Numbered from the stretch's first letter, positions 1 through 13,431 are shown. The stretch is 64,000 bases of DNA from Vicugna vicugna (GCA_013265495.1 MU058198.1:3484419-3548418); one strand, 5' to 3'. Program-made: numbers and translations. The notes: a model not told the origin generated them from the sequence alone.

Positions 1-252
1 TTTCCTCTTTGTAGTTTTAATTTATCATTTTTGGTACAGCACACTGTCTGGTAGCATCTTCAGAAAGAGTGCATTGGGGAAAAATATTTTGAGGCCTCAC
101 ATGATTGACATCTTTATTCTGCCCTTATATTTGATTGTAAGATATCAGGGTCCAGAATCTTAGGCTGAAATTATTTTTTTACTCAGAAATTTGAAAGCAT
201 TGTTTCATTTCCTTCCTAGCTTTCTAAGTTGCTTTTGCAGAGTATGAATCTT

Positions 253-387
253 CGTTTGTTTGTTTTGTTTGTTTTTTCAGTGGTGAGGTAATTAAGTTTA
301 TTTATTTTTAATGGATGTACCGGGGATTGAACCCAGGACCCTGTACATGCTAAGCATGTACTCTACCACTAAGCTATACCCTCCCCC
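253..387 (-). mobile_element. tRNA-derived SINE, camelid Vic-1-like
   Basis: Reverse strand GGGGAGGGTATAGCTTAGTGGTAGAG...GGGTTCAATCCCC then an A-rich tail; imperfect TSD agagtatgaatctt (239-252) / agaatatgaatttt (391-404). Confidence 0.85.
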
Positions 388-469
388 GGAAGAATATGAA
401 TTTTTGTATGTGGCTGGTTTTTGGTTTTGTTTTCCCTCTCTGAAAACTTTTAGGAAGAATTGTGGGTGG

Positions 470-640
470 CGGTCAAGCAGGCAGATTCTAAGATCAGACC
501 ATCTGGGTTCAAATCTCAGTTCCAACAGTTGTTGGCTGTGAGACTCTGGGAAATTTGATTATCCTCTCTGTGCCTCAGTTTTTCTATCTGCAAAGTGGGG
601 ATAATAATAGTACCTACTTCACAGAGTTGTTGTGATGCTG
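470..640 (+). mobile_element. MIR SINE
   Basis: MIR core tctctgtgcctcagtttttctatctgcaaagtggggataataatagtacctac. Confidence 0.85.
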
Positions 641-712
641 CCCTACACCCATTGATGTAGTTCTTTCTCAGATGGTAAGTGTCATAGACCTTTCCTGGGG
701 GAGGATCTACAA

Positions 713-925
713 CAGGGTCAGCAAGCTTTATCTGTAAAGGAACAGATAGCAAATATTTTTGGCATAGTAGGCTATCAGGTCTCTATCAACTATTCAACTC
801 TGCCATTATGCTGTGGAAGTCACCATAGACAAACCTAAGTGAATGAGCATGCCTGTGTTCCAATAAAACTTTATTTACACAGTGGCAGACAGCTTTGGCC
901 CATGGACCACAGGTTGCTGACCAGG
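713..925. mobile_element. hAT-Charlie MITE, MER58A-like
   Basis: Termini cagggtcagcaa...ttgctgacc and internal ccaataaaactttatttaca. Confidence 0.75.
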
Positions 926-991
926 ATGGAGAAGGTACTATCCTCTCCCTTTTGTACTCATTCCATTAGACCCCCTTTCAGAGATCTAGCC

Positions 992-1005
992 ACGCCCCCT
1001 GGTGG
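992..1005 (-). promoter_or_regulatory. Candidate CTCF site (reverse)
   Basis: Minus strand reads CCACCAGGGGGCGT, 13/14 to the CCASYAGRKGGCRS consensus. Confidence 0.65.
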
Positions 1006-1646
1006 AAGCATCTCAGACTAGAAAGTCTGACTACCTCTTCACAGCGCTCTGAGTCCAACAATTCAATTGTATAAAAAAGCAAGGTTGTGTATTGCAATGT
1101 TTAATGAAACAAACTGAGTGAATCTTTTGCAATGATGGGAGTCAATTACCAATTATATTATACTCGAATCTGCATTATTATGAGCCACCCTTCACAGTTT
1201 GATTGTCCTTAAACCAATGGGAAAAATCCTTCCTCCGACCTAAGCCCTCATGTCGCAGTGCACCTTCTCCAGAGAGGAGAGATGAGCTCACTTAACCAGC
1301 CTCTCCCAAGGGGCCCCTCCATCACAGGGCCTGGCCCTTGCCTGTGTAGCCAGCTGGGCAGAGCAGCCTCTGCAGCTCTGAAGAAAAGAATCTTCATAAA
1401 TCTAACAGTTCAGCTCTCACACTGGATTCTGTGCCCTGGGGTTATTAGTCTTGGGAGGTTACGTACAAGATGGCAGCAGAAATGGACCATTACGCTGCGC
1501 ATAACTGTATTAGCTCAACGGGGAGTCGTTAAGCACCCACTGTGTCTGAACGTGATCCTGGTTGTTCAGGAGAAGTGCAGGCAGGGGAACGGTTATTCTC
1601 TGAAGCACTATTTTCAACAATGTGTGTTAACATGTTGACATGATGG

Positions 1647-1990
1647 TATTAAATAAATACAAGAGTCTTCAAATGAAATTCTTTATGCTAAGTCCTGTAT
1701 CACCAAACCAAGACTTAATTAGAGTTTCTGCTCTCCCAGAAATGGAATCTTAAACGAGTCAATCAGAAATTGCCTAGTCAGCATGAGTTAGGTAACTTGT
1801 CTGATAGACCCTCATAAGGAAATGACCTTGCAATAATCAGTCCACTTCTTGCCTAGTACAACTTCCTGTTCCTGCTCCCTTCTGCCTGTAGAGTCTCCCG
1901 TTTTGTGCAGCTCTTTGGAGCTCCTTTCTGTCTGCTAGATTGGATGCTGCTTGATTCTTGATTTATTGAGTTGAATTTTGTTTTTTAACA
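1647..1990 (+). mobile_element. Solo LTR, probably ERV1 class
   Basis: tattaaa...ttttaaca ends with 4-bp TSD atgg (1643-46 / 1991-94). Confidence 0.7.
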
Positions 1991-2879
1991 ATGGATATTA
2001 AGACTAAGATGAAAGGCTCTTGGACTTGAAAACTACAAGTTAGTAAGACCTTGAGTTTCAAGAGAGGTGGGAAAAGCAGGGTGTCTTTTCATAATACTGC
2101 CAGTGCAGACAGTACTCCCTCTTATTAGGTTGTTAAAACCTGTACCAACTTCTATCCAGATTTGAGCCCACTATCTCTAAATTTAAATTCTACTCCAAAA
2201 GAACATTTTTGGATGACTCTGGGAAAATGGGGTGAGCAGGCAGATTCGGGGTAGGAATTGAAGGAATAAAATCTCCAAACCCCATTTTAGATTTGCAATC
2301 AAGCTGAAACTCTCAGTCTCCCCAGGCTTGCTTTTGAAAGAAAAAGAAAAATTTTTTGTAAGAAACAAAGACCCAGATTTGCATTTGAATGTGGTGCCAA
2401 TCAACGTTCATTAGTAGGAATACAATGAGATACCATTAGCGGGAAGGTAGCTTTGGCAATCGCTCATTAGTTTTGTAGATTCAAATAAGTATTCTAAGGG
2501 ATGCTCCTGTGTTTGAGGAGATCCGGTGGATCAATGGTGTACCACGATTCTCCCTGGAGAAAGGCAATGTTCTGCAGGAATAATGGTTTTCTCCTTACCC
2601 TTCCTTTTTCACTCACACATGCCTCAAGGCGCTTCCGTTCTCCTGGGGCCATTGGACATCAAAGTGTGGAAGGACTGTAGGAATTTCTCGGTCAGGACAA
2701 TACTTATGAGGATACTGTAGCCCCAAGAGGGTGGAATTTAAGAAGGTTAAATTAGTTAGTAACCAGAAGTCCCAGGTATTACCTAGCCCACAGTAAGTAG
2801 TACATTAGTATTAATTATGAGATGAGTAGTATTTAACAACCAGTTTTGTTTTTTCCTTTATATGTTGTAATTCCCTTTC

Positions 2880-3801
2880 ATAAAAAATTTACACTTTTCA
2901 TTTTGAGATCATTATAGATTTATATGCAATTGTAAGAAAAAAAAATAGAGAGAGATCCCACTACCATTTACCCTGTTTCTCCCAATGGTAACATTTTGCA
3001 ACACTCATGCACACCATCACAAGCAGAATATTGACACAGCTACAGCAAAGATACAGAGCATTCCATCACCACAAGGATGTCTCCTGTTGCCTTTTTATAG
3101 CCACAGCCACCTCCCCACCCCCACTTCTATCCCTTCCTTAATCCCTAGCAACCACTAATCTGTTCTCCACTTCTATAATTTTGTCTTTTCAAGAATGTTA
3201 TATAAATGGAATCACATAGCATGTAACCTTTCGGGATTCGCTTTTTTCACTCAGCCTAGTTCTCTGGAGATTTATACATGTTGTTGGGTGTGTCGATAAT
3301 TTGTTCCTTTTTTGGCTGAATGATGTTTCATGGTGTGGATAGTCTACAGTTTGTTTAGCCATTTATCCAGTGAAGGACATTTGGGTTGTTTCCAGTTTGG
3401 AGCTATTACGAAAAAAGCTGCTGCAAACGCTCGTGTAGAGAAGTTTGTGTGAACATAAATTTTCATTTCTCTGGGATGAGTGCCCAAGACCACAATCTGA
3501 GGTCGTATAGCAGTCACATATTTAGCTTTTTAAAAGAAACTGCCAAATTGTTTTCCAGAGTGCCCGTAACATTTTACATTCTCACTAGTGATGGGTATTT
3601 CTTTGCATCCTTGCCAACATTTGGTGTTGTCATTATTTTTTATTTTAGTCATTTTGATAGGTGTGAGATGATAGCCTTCTATGGTTTTTATTTGCATTTC
3701 CCTCATAGCTAATGACATTAAACATCTTTTCATGTGTTTATTTGCCATCTGTATCTCCTCTTCAGTAAAATGTCTCTTCATATCTTTTCCCTCTTTCTTT
3801 T

Positions 3802-3844
<43 letters not shown>

Positions 3845-4500
3845 CTCTCTCTCTTTCTTTCCTTCCTTCCTTCCTTCCTTCTTTCTTTCTATCTTTCCTT
3901 CTTTCTTTCCTTCTTAGTTGAACTATAGTCAGTTTACAATGTTGTATCAATTTCTGGTGTACAGCATAAAGTTTCAGTCATATATGTACATACACATATT
4001 CTTTCTCATATTCTTTTTCATAATAGGTTACTACAAGATAATGAATATAGTTTCCTGTGCTGTACAGTAAGACCTTGTTGTTTATCTATTTTATATATAG
4101 TAGTTAGTATCTACGAATCTCAAACTCCCAATTTATCCCGTCCCACCCCCTTTCTCCTTGGTAACCATAAGTTTATTTTCTATAAACTGTGTATAAAGTC
4201 TGTGAGTTTGTTTCTGTTTTATAAATAAGTTCATTTGTGTCTTTTTTCCCCTCCAGATTCTACATGTAAGTGATATGATATGGTATTTTTCTTACCTCAC
4301 TTAGAATGATGATCTCCAGGTCCATCCATGTTGCTGCAAATGTCTTTTCCCCATTTTCTAATGAATTGTTTGTGGGTTTTGCTGCTGTTGAGCTTGTGAC
4401 ATTTTTATGTATTTTAGATACTAACCTCTGTTGGATATGTGGCTTGCAAATATTTTCTCTCAGTCTGTAGTCTGTCTTTTCATCTTTTTAATAAGGTCTT
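2880..4500 (-). mobile_element. Old L1 3' region (L1M-type) interrupted by a younger L1
   Basis: ORF 3530-3781 (KRHFTEEEIQMANKHMKRC...REMQIKT) is an L1 ORF2p C-terminal remnant; typical L1 3'UTR sequence. Confidence 0.9.
3792..4340 (-). mobile_element. Younger 5'-truncated artiodactyl-type L1 3' end whose tail became a (TTTC/TTCC)n microsatellite (3792-3915)
   Basis: tatagtcagtttacaatgttgtatcaatttctggtgtacagca end; TSD t(a/g)tcttttccc at 3781-91 and 4341-51. Confidence 0.85.
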
Positions 4501-6174
4501 AAGATCTTCCTCAAATATTTCAGAGGAATATGATTCTTGAAGGAGAGGAGGGGAATATGGTGGAACTTAGGTTTTGGCTAATAAGCACTTAATAAATAAT
4601 ATTTTCATAATTATAAACAAGAGCCCGGAATGCAGGGTGGAAAGGGAGAATAGAGTGAAAGAAGGCATTTGAGTTCCCCCCGGCCTTCATGACACAGAAT
4701 GGGGAATTATCCATAGTGAAAGCTCCCATTTGAGAGGAATAAGAGGAACAACCCTTAGGAGAACCATCTCCTGGCAGTAGCCGAGAAGATGGAAAAAAGT
4801 AGCCAGGGGCCGAAGCAGGACATGAAGTCTGCAAGAATAGGAAAACCACCAAGAGGAGAGCAAGATGTTCCCCATGTCACTCAGCAATAGGACATTTAAG
4901 ACCTCACATAAAAAGAATTCCAGAAGTAGACAGCTCTGGGTCTGTTCAGAGAAGACTGACCATTGGGACCACCAAGACTGCTCGGCCAGTTGCCTGCTAG
5001 CAAGGTGAAGAATGAGCTTGGGAAAATGGACCTTGTCTGCCCAAAGAAAGGCAGAAGAGACTCTGGAACATTTGGAAAGGAAAATTTTTGGTGGAACTAG
5101 AGGGAAGAGGGAAATGTTGGGAAAGATCTAGCAACCTGAAGGATTATTGTTGCAAACTAGAAAAAGTAGCATCTCAGTGGTGATGTCGGGTCTCTCTCTC
5201 TCTCTCTCTTTCTCTGGAAAATGAGGGTTTCCATAAAGGGAGAGAGTGATCATTCCCCCTGGATATGAAATCCTTCTAAAGGGGAAATGATGTCACATTT
5301 AGTCTCTCTCTCTCTCATTTTTACTTCCAATGATTTCCTTCTTGTTGTAAAAATAGGGCATGTTCCTTTAAAAAATATGAAACTATAAAAAAAAAGGAAG
5401 GATGGAAAAAATCACTCATAATCCTGCTACACTGGCAAAGCTACTCTTTTATATTCGTTGCATAATTTTACATTTTTTTTAAAAATGCTACCAGGTTTGA
5501 ACTTTGTATCCTGTTTTTGATTTTCCCCTTTCCATTATGTTGTGAATGGTTTTCCTTCGTATTATGGACTTCTGGTCAATGTAATTTTTAATGCTGCTTA
5601 ATAATAAATCAGGTGGCTGTCCTGTAATTTCCTGAATAAATCTTTCCTATTAGTTGGACAGTTTAGCTTGTTTCCAGGTTTTGTCTGTTAAATGAATGTT
5701 TTGGTGAAAACTGCAATAAGAATACAGTCACCATTCAGTGAGCGGTTACCTGGCCGAGTGCCTTGCAAGCTACATTTGTTTGACCCTCACAACTTCCAAG
5801 AGGAATTGACTGTGATTTATTCCACCTTTTTATTATTAAATTATAAAAATAAAATAAAGCATTTCAAGCAGAGCTAAAGGGATCTAATGAGAAGGCCCAA
5901 CACTTCCTCCCCCTGGCCTCCAAGCTCACCAGTGCCCCTCCCCAGAGATAACACTGGTCCATTTCCTGGTCCATTTCCCATGCATGCTTTCAGAAATTTT
6001 CTGTTCACATCCAAACACGCATACCGTAGCATATCTTTTACTTAGAAACTTCCTATCTGTCTGAGCAACACATACCCAGCATCTTACTGTATCAGGGTAT
6101 ATTGATCTACGAGCCAGAGATGGTTATTTTCATTTTCCACTTGAGGAAATTGAGGCCTAGGAGGTGAAGAAACA

Positions 6175-6700
6175 TGCTTTTATGGGTTGATTGGTGTAAC
6201 CTTCCCAAAAGGGATGCTGAAGTCCTACCCCTGAATAAGGTCTTATTTGGAATTAGGGTCATTGCTGTTGTAATTAGCTAAGATGAGATCATATAGGAGT
6301 AGGGTGGGCCCTAACCCAATATGACTAGTGTCCTTATTAAAAGGGGACATGTGGACATAGACACGGACATTTGCAGAGGGAAAATGATACAAAGAGACAC
6401 GGGGAGGACACTGTGTGGAGACAGAGAATTGCGCTGATGCATCTACAAACCAAGGGGCAGCAAAGATTGCTGGAAAACCACTACAAACTAGCAAGAGGCA
6501 AGTGAGGATGCGGAGAGGTTTCAGGGGGAGCACGGGCCTGCCAGCACTTTGATCGCAGACTTCCAGCCTCGAGAACTGTGAGACAACACGTGTAGGTATG
6601 TATGTATGTGTGTATGTATATATGTATGTATGTGTGTGTTTTTATAGAGCCTTCCAGTCTGTGGGATTCTGTTACAGCAATCCTGGGAAACGAATCCACA
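6175..6700 (+). mobile_element. MaLR LTR (MLT1-type) with an internal (TATG)n repeat
   Basis: ccttatttggaa-type motif, gacttccagcctcgagaactgtgaga, ttgttacagca-type end. Confidence 0.8.
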
Positions 6701-6929
6701 GCCCAAAGCTTCAAAACTAACATGAGATAAGGCTGGAATCTCAACTCAGGGAGGTGTCACCCCAAGACTAATGCTCTTAAGCAAACAGGATTTTTGGATT
6801 TTTAAAGCAAACGCCTATATAGTACTTAGCCGGTGCCAGGGTCTGTTCTAAGCATTGTGCATGTGTTTCTCCGCAACTCTCCCCGGAGTGGTTCAGTCGT
6901 CATCCCTCCTTGAGGTTATCAGATGGCTT

Positions 6930-6943
6930 CCACCAGGGGGCAG
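6930..6943 (+). promoter_or_regulatory. Candidate CTCF site (forward)
   Basis: CCACCAGGGGGCAG, 14/14 to the consensus. Confidence 0.65.
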
Positions 6944-7324
6944 GCCTGTACCTTTGTGTACAGAGAGAAAAAGCACCTAGAATTCAGGTCCTTCAGCACA
7001 AATTGCCTACAGCTTCAGTCCAACAAAGCAAGGACCACATCAGAAGAAGGGAAGTGATTGGCCTAGAAGAGTGGGTGCAAAGTAACTTGGGGATGCTCTG
7101 AGGGAGAGAGAACCAGGTCCCTGGTGGGGAGCATGGGCAGCCTGGTCTCCAGGGAGCTCTGTCATGTGGGATATAGGGGACATGTTACCCAGTTTTCCTC
7201 CAAAAAGATCCTGAGTCCATTCTCATTCAACAGTCTTCTTCTTCTTCTAAACATCTTCATGTTTATTCTTTTGCAGCTCATTGTAATTATCACATTTCCA
7301 GTTATGGTTTTCTCATTTCTATAG

Positions 7325-7700
7325 CTCCCAGCTTCTTTTCTATTGAGAGTAGACTTTCAATATTTCTTTTAGGATAGGTTTAGTATTGTTGAATTCTTTT
7401 AGTTTTTGCTCATCTGTGAAATTCTTTCTCTCCTTCTACTCTAAAGGATAGTCTTGCCGGATAGAGTATCCTAGGTTGCAGATTTTTCTCATTCAGGACT
7501 TTGAATATACCTTGCCCTCCCTGCTGGCCAGCAGTGTTTGTGTAGAGAAATCAACAGAAAGCCTAATGGGGAGTTCCCTTATAACTAACTCTTTGTTTTT
7601 CTCTTGCTGCCTTTAGAATCATTTCTTTAACTTTGGCCTTCTTGATTATAATATGTCTTGGTGTAAATCTGTTTGGGTTCATCTTGTTTGGGATCAACAA
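7325..7700 (-). mobile_element. L1 ORF1-region fragment
   Basis: ttctcttgctgcctttagaatc and gagtatcctaggttgcag motifs typical of the ORF1 antisense strand. Confidence 0.7.
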
Positions 7701-8614
7701 CCTTCTGATGCACAGAAAGGTTAATGTTTGTGTGTGGGGTGCCAGTTCTGGGAATGGCGGTCCAACAGATCCTCTTTCTCTGCAATTGTCTCGGTAGGCG
7801 TGTCTATCTCACATGACCCTAAACTCTCTGGACCTGAGTGAAGCTGGAAGATTTGCCAGAAAGGCTGTCAGGGCTACACGTGGGGAGAAGTTCTGCCCAT
7901 TCCTGCCGCTGCTGTGCCTCCAAGCTGTCCTGGCTGCAGACGCAGCTGAGCCCCTTCGGATTCTGTAAAACACCTCAGTATCCAGCCAGTGCATTTTTTC
8001 TCTTTGCAACTCCCCACTCCTTTTGAAGCTCTACTCAGAGCTATGCTATCGTTTGCAAAAGCACAAAAGCAAAAAAAAATCTGAATTCAAATGAATTAGG
8101 ATGGCTTCTATGGATAGAAAAATTAAAAATTAAATATTATTTAAAATTATAAAGGCAAGAAAAAGGATAAAAATAATAAAGCGCTTGTGTTCTTATAAAC
8201 AACCAAGCACCTAGAAAAAAACATACTGTGTGTAGATCCTTAATACATATTTATTGACTGGCTGCAGGAATTCACTAAAACTACTATCGCACAAAACTGG
8301 GGAAATGGGAAAGGAGAGTGAAGCTGAGCTAAATTTCCCCTCTTTCTTAGCAAGGGAGACAAGATAGCTTTAAGTTGATATGTCAAGGCAGAAAGGTATG
8401 TTATTTCGAATTAAAATATTAACATCATAGTTAAAACAAGAAAAGATTATCTCAGGAGTGTTGACTTTTCAACATCTTTCGAAACGCTGTGCATTCTCCT
8501 CCTTCTTTATGTTTTGCAGAGGGGGCCCAAGTCTGTTTGCAAAAGGTCCAGGCGGGGAACAAGTGGCACTGAAATCCGGGCTGTGCCCAGTCTCCCGTCA
8601 CCAGGCGCGTCTGC

Positions 8615-8628
8615 CCAGAAGGGGGCGC
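8615..8628 (+). promoter_or_regulatory. Candidate CTCF site (forward) in a CpG cluster
   Basis: CCAGAAGGGGGCGC, 13/14 to the consensus. Confidence 0.5.
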
Positions 8629-9469
8629 CGTTTTCTAAGTGGCACAGAGGCGCTGACCGGCCGGCCATCTGCCGTGTCTTTGCCAGTCCGACAGGGGAAA
8701 ATGGTATCTCATTATTGTTTTAAATCGCATTCCCTTAATTGTGTGCGAGGCTGAATGCGTTCTCCTCTGCGTACCAGCCGTTTGAATTTCCTTTTCTGTG
8801 AAGTGCTTCTTCCTGTCCTTCACACTAGTGGAAATTCTCTCTCCTCTGTGCAGTACTTTCTCTTTCTTATCTGATCGCATTATTACTCAGCTGCCTCCTC
8901 TAGTTTATTTTTGGCACTCTAGAGCTGCTCTAAGTTCTCCTTTCCTCACTCCCCTCTTCCTCCTGTTTGAATGTGTAAATGGCTCCCAGTGCTGGTTCTT
9001 TGTTCTCTGCGCCTCCGGGGCGAGTCTTCCACACCCGCGAAAGCAACCACCTTCCACCTGTGTAAGATGTAAAAGCACCATCTTTGTCTTCTCCAGTCCC
9101 CTTTATTCCTGAAAACTCTTCTCTCCCTTCTAGATCTTCTGCAAACCCTCTACACCCTCCTATGGGCTTGGAGTTTTGGAGCAAAAGCCAAGAAGTCTTG
9201 GCAGTGTTCTGCTTTGTGGACCTGCCACGAATCTTCTCTGGGGAAGGGACTCCCAAAGCTGGCTCTCTGCCTGCTTGGGTGGAGGAAAGACAGTGGGGAG
9301 AAGGGAGGTATATAAAATTATCCATAAAGGAAAGCTGAAGTAGCATTCAGCCAAGTTTGTATCAGCGCAGAAACAGTTCAGCAAGAACCTGAACCCAGTA
9401 CTTGGTGGTAGTTAACTTGGGGGAAGAGATTTTATCTCTTTGCAAATTTTTTTTTAAAATCAAGATTAG

Positions 9470-11030
9470 AGGTGAGTTTTATTTTCTTCTCTTCTCTGGC
9501 ATTGCCCATCTCTTAATAGTTTTCATTGAAATATTTTATAGAAAATAATAATAAAATGATAAAATTCAAAGAGTAACAAAGTGAGTGTAATGAAGTTTCT
9601 CTTTTATCTGATTCCTTGGGCCAATTCTTATTATCACTTTCCTGTGTAAGATTTCAGGCATGTTGTGTGTGTAGTCTGCCTCTCTCTGTCTCCCTCATCT
9701 CTATCTCTGTCTCTGTCTCTTTTGTCTTCTCCTCCCTCCTCCCATTCTTGACTCTTTTTACACTAGTGGGTGTATCACATACAGACTTTCATGCTCCCAA
9801 CAGTATATCTTGGAAATTGTTCAATATCGGAGCCCATTAACATTCCACCTCATTACAAAATGGCTTTGTAGTATTCTTATATGGAAGCTCTGTAATATAA
9901 TGAACCCTTTTCCCATAAACTGGGAAACATTATTTCCCATCTTTTTGTTCCTACCAATAAAGACCAAAAAGATAACCTTGAGCAAACATCTTTACTTAGG
10001 TTTGAGAGGATGTCTAGGATAAATTCTTGAAACTAGAGTTCCTGGGCCAAAGATTCCCCTCCCCCCACATTTAAATTTTTTTTAGAGTGAGGTTTCATTT
10101 TTTGTTGTTGTTTTTTTGGGGGGGCAGCAGGAGGTAATTGGGTTTGTTTGTTTGTTTACTTTTAGAGGAGGGACCGGGGACTGAACCCAGGACCTCTTAT
10201 ATGCTAAGCATGCGCTCTACCACTCGAGCTATACCCTCCCCCACCATTTAAATTTTTTGACAGCTGTTTCACAATTTCCTTCCAAAGAAATTGTACCAAC
10301 ATGTACTCACACCAACAATGTGTGAAAGTGTCTGTGTTTTTACTTCCATTTAAACCTTAGTCTCTTGTCAAGCTTTTTAATCTTAGTCGGTCTAAAGGGT
10401 GAACTCTGGTCTCTCACTGTTTCTTTAATCAGCAGTGAGGCTGAGTATCTCTTTGTGTGCTTATAAATCCCCTGAATTTCTTTTCTTGAGAACTACCTGT
10501 ACTTGTTCTTGATCAACTTTGTTTGCCCTAAGATTGTTGGTCTTCCTCGTATTAATTTTTTAAAGGTCTTTTTACATAAGAAAATTCAGCTCGTTCTTTA
10601 TTATATAGGTTGTGAATACTTTTCCCAATTTGCAGTTTGTCTTCTGATTTTGTTTAGTATATATATATATTTTTGACCCATGGAAATGAAAATTTTTTTA
10701 CCTATTAAAGTCTATCAATCTTTTCTCTGATCACTTCCCAGATTCGTGTCTTTCTTAACAAGGTCTTCCCTTTTCCAACATTATAAAAACTTTTTCCATT
10801 TTTTTCTAGTATTCTAATGGCTCTATTTGTTTTTGGTATGTTTTGATTTTATTTCTTTTTTTTACTTTAACATTTTTGCTCTATCTGGAATTAATTTGAT
10901 ATAAGGAGTGAGGTATGAACCTAGCCCTTTTAATTTTTTTAAATCTGGATGACTACCCAGATCTCCTAAAACCATTTATTGGTAAGTCCATCTTCTACTC
11001 ATTTATTTAAAATGCTTGTCTTATCTTATA
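9470..11030 (-). mobile_element. Degenerate old L1 (L1ME-like) 3' region
   Basis: T-rich antisense ORF2/3'UTR motifs (ggagtgaggtatgaacctag, aaaccatttatt). Confidence 0.65.
10084..10242 (-). mobile_element. Vic-1-like SINE inserted in an old L1
   Basis: Same tRNA-like head and tail; TSD catttaaatttttt on both sides. Confidence 0.85.
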
Positions 11031-11869
11031 TAGAAGTTCAATGACATGGATACCAGCAGAGAGTCTTGGCTAACTAAACTCTTGAGATTCTGGCCAGTTC
11101 TTCATTTTTCTTGCTGATGTTGTTGTCTTTCAGAAGGTAGAGGAAGTATCTGGAGGAACCGTTGCCTTGGGCCAAATTCTGGCCAACCAGGCGGAACAAG
11201 CTGATGAGGGGAAGTGACAAGAGCCTTGGTGAAAAGAGAGATAGTGTCATTCTGGACACTCTGTCTGCCTCCTGCCACTTTGGTTAACCCTCCAGCTTCA
11301 TCCAGCCCATTTGGAAACATCCTTTGTGGTCAGTATCCCTGACAGCCTGGCTCTGTCTCTAGCAACAGGAAGTCTGACAAGCAAGTTCCCCAAACATACC
11401 TCCTTCCCTTCCCTCTAATTCTTTGCACATGCATTGTCTGCAACACTGTCTGTCAAGTCTTTGTGTAGCTAACTCTCCATTCTTTAAGTCTCTGTTTAAA
11501 GATTGCCTCCATTGTGGAACCTTCCCTGATATACTAAGCTTGATGCCCAACAGTACCTTCTATTCCCTTCATAGTCTTTGCACAAGACCGATGGATGGGG
11601 ATAGGAAAGCCACACACACTCCAGGGATCTCATGGTCTGGAAAGTGGCCTGGGGTAGATTGCAAGTAAAGATTTCTTATAGTCTATCTGCCCCAGGACCA
11701 GGACCAGGACCAGCTGCATAATTTGTGGGGCTCGGTGCAAAACCCAACTGTGGGGTCCCTTGTTCAACAATTATGAATTTCAAGATGGTGACCACAGAGC
11801 ATTAAGCCAAGTCAGGCCCCTTCTGGGAGTGGATTCCTCCGAGACTGCATGGATTGCAAGCCCCCTGGA

Positions 11870-12342
11870 GTGTGTTGAATGCTGGCCCCCTGAAAGATAA
11901 GCCCACGTGAAAATGTGACCTTATTTGGAAAAAAAGGTCTTGGTAGATGTAACCAAATTAAGAATCTTGAGATGAAGAGGTCACCTGGATTATCTGGATA
12001 AACCCCAACTCCAATGACGCATGTCCTTAAAAGAGATACACAGGTAAGATCAGACAGACAGAATAGAAGGAAGACACACAGGGGAGACGGCAATGTGAAG
12101 ATGGAGGCAGAGATGGGAGTGATGTGGTCATAGACCTAGGAAGCCAAGAAATGCTGACAACCCCCAGAAGCTGGAAGAAGCAGGGAAGAACTCTCACCTA
12201 CAGCCTCCAGAGGGAGTATCGTCCTGCCAACACCTTAATTCCAGACTTCTGGCCTCCAGAACTAAGAGAGAGTACATTTCTGTTGTTTAAGGCTACATAA
12301 TTTGTGATAATTTGTTATGGCTGCCAGGGGACGCTAATACAC
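11870..12342 (+). mobile_element. MaLR LTR (MLT1-type)
   Basis: gtgaccttatttggaaaa, gtgaagatggaggcagagatgggagtgatg, gacttctggcctccagaact, ...ctaataca end. Confidence 0.85.
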
Positions 12343-13431
12343 ATTTGAAGCAGGACATTGGCTTGAAACCATGGAGAAAGGAAAAATTCTCTTTCCTTTG
12401 GAGTTATTAAGCCAACTGCTCACCTCTGAGTAGCCAGGGCCACTACCTGGGTAGAGCCTACCACTGCCTGGGAAAGCAGAGCCAAGAGGTGGAAAGAGAG
12501 TGATTCCTGAGGACGTTGTTGGGAAATCTGGATCAAACTGTGCCTGAAGCTGAGCTCTTACCTTGGATTTTTCAGTTATGAAAGGTCTACAAATCCTGAA
12601 AAATAAAACAAATCTTTAATTCAGTTTAAATTCAATTAGACTCCTAACTACTACTCAGAGAATTCAAAATTTCAGACAATTCAAAAAAAAGTTTTCGAGG
12701 ATTTCATGAAATGAGGCTTGGAGTGGAAGCTAGCTCAAGAGGACTGGGAAGTGCTCCCAGCAGTAGGTAAGAGTAAAGAGGAGATCAGTGCACCTGATGA
12801 AGAAGTGTGACCACAAAAGCAGCCCCTTGGTGAGGCTGGCTTTTAGAAGACATGCTTGAAAGGTAGAAAGAAGGACAAGCAACCAACGATGCAGGTGAGC
12901 CAAGGCGTGAATCGCCAATAGGAGATTCTAATGCAGTCTCAGAACTGAAGTCACAAACAGCCAAGGACCAGAAGAACTCCAGAGTTATGTTAGAGCAAGA
13001 AGAATGACACGGGAGAGGTCGGTCCCCTGGTGCTGTGTTGTATGGATAGAGGAAAGGGAAAGAACCAAACTGCTCTGGGGCATCATGGAAGACTAGTTGA
13101 AGATTCATGGAGTTAGGGAGTATGTGATGAGCTAAGTCCCCAAGGTTTCCAGATCCCGGGGAGGAATTAGCATGGAACAGGATGGATGCAGAGAGATGCT
13201 CTTTTGGATTCTTATGTGTTGCTATCAGGACTGCATTGAGATATTTAGTCATGAAGCACTGTCCCCATATATAATAAAACTCCCAACACTAAACCATAAA
13301 AAATGTCTGGCACACATTTTTGTCCTTCCTCCCATCCTCTTGGGTTCACATTTTTTTTTTTTTACTCCAGCCAATACTGGGGTACCTAGCTGGGCACAGG
13401 TGTAATGGAGAGCATGTCACTTTAGTTACAC

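Noticed and set aside
2364..2384. AACAAAG plus ATTTGCAT as a Sox-Oct composite
   Set aside because: Order and spacing do not fit the canonical composite.
11074..11320. Minus-strand peptide YFLYLLKDNNISKKNEELARIS looked like a pseudogene or exon fragment
   Set aside because: I cannot match it to any protein; it is short, with no partner exons or polyA/TSD. A BLASTX/TBLASTX search would settle it.
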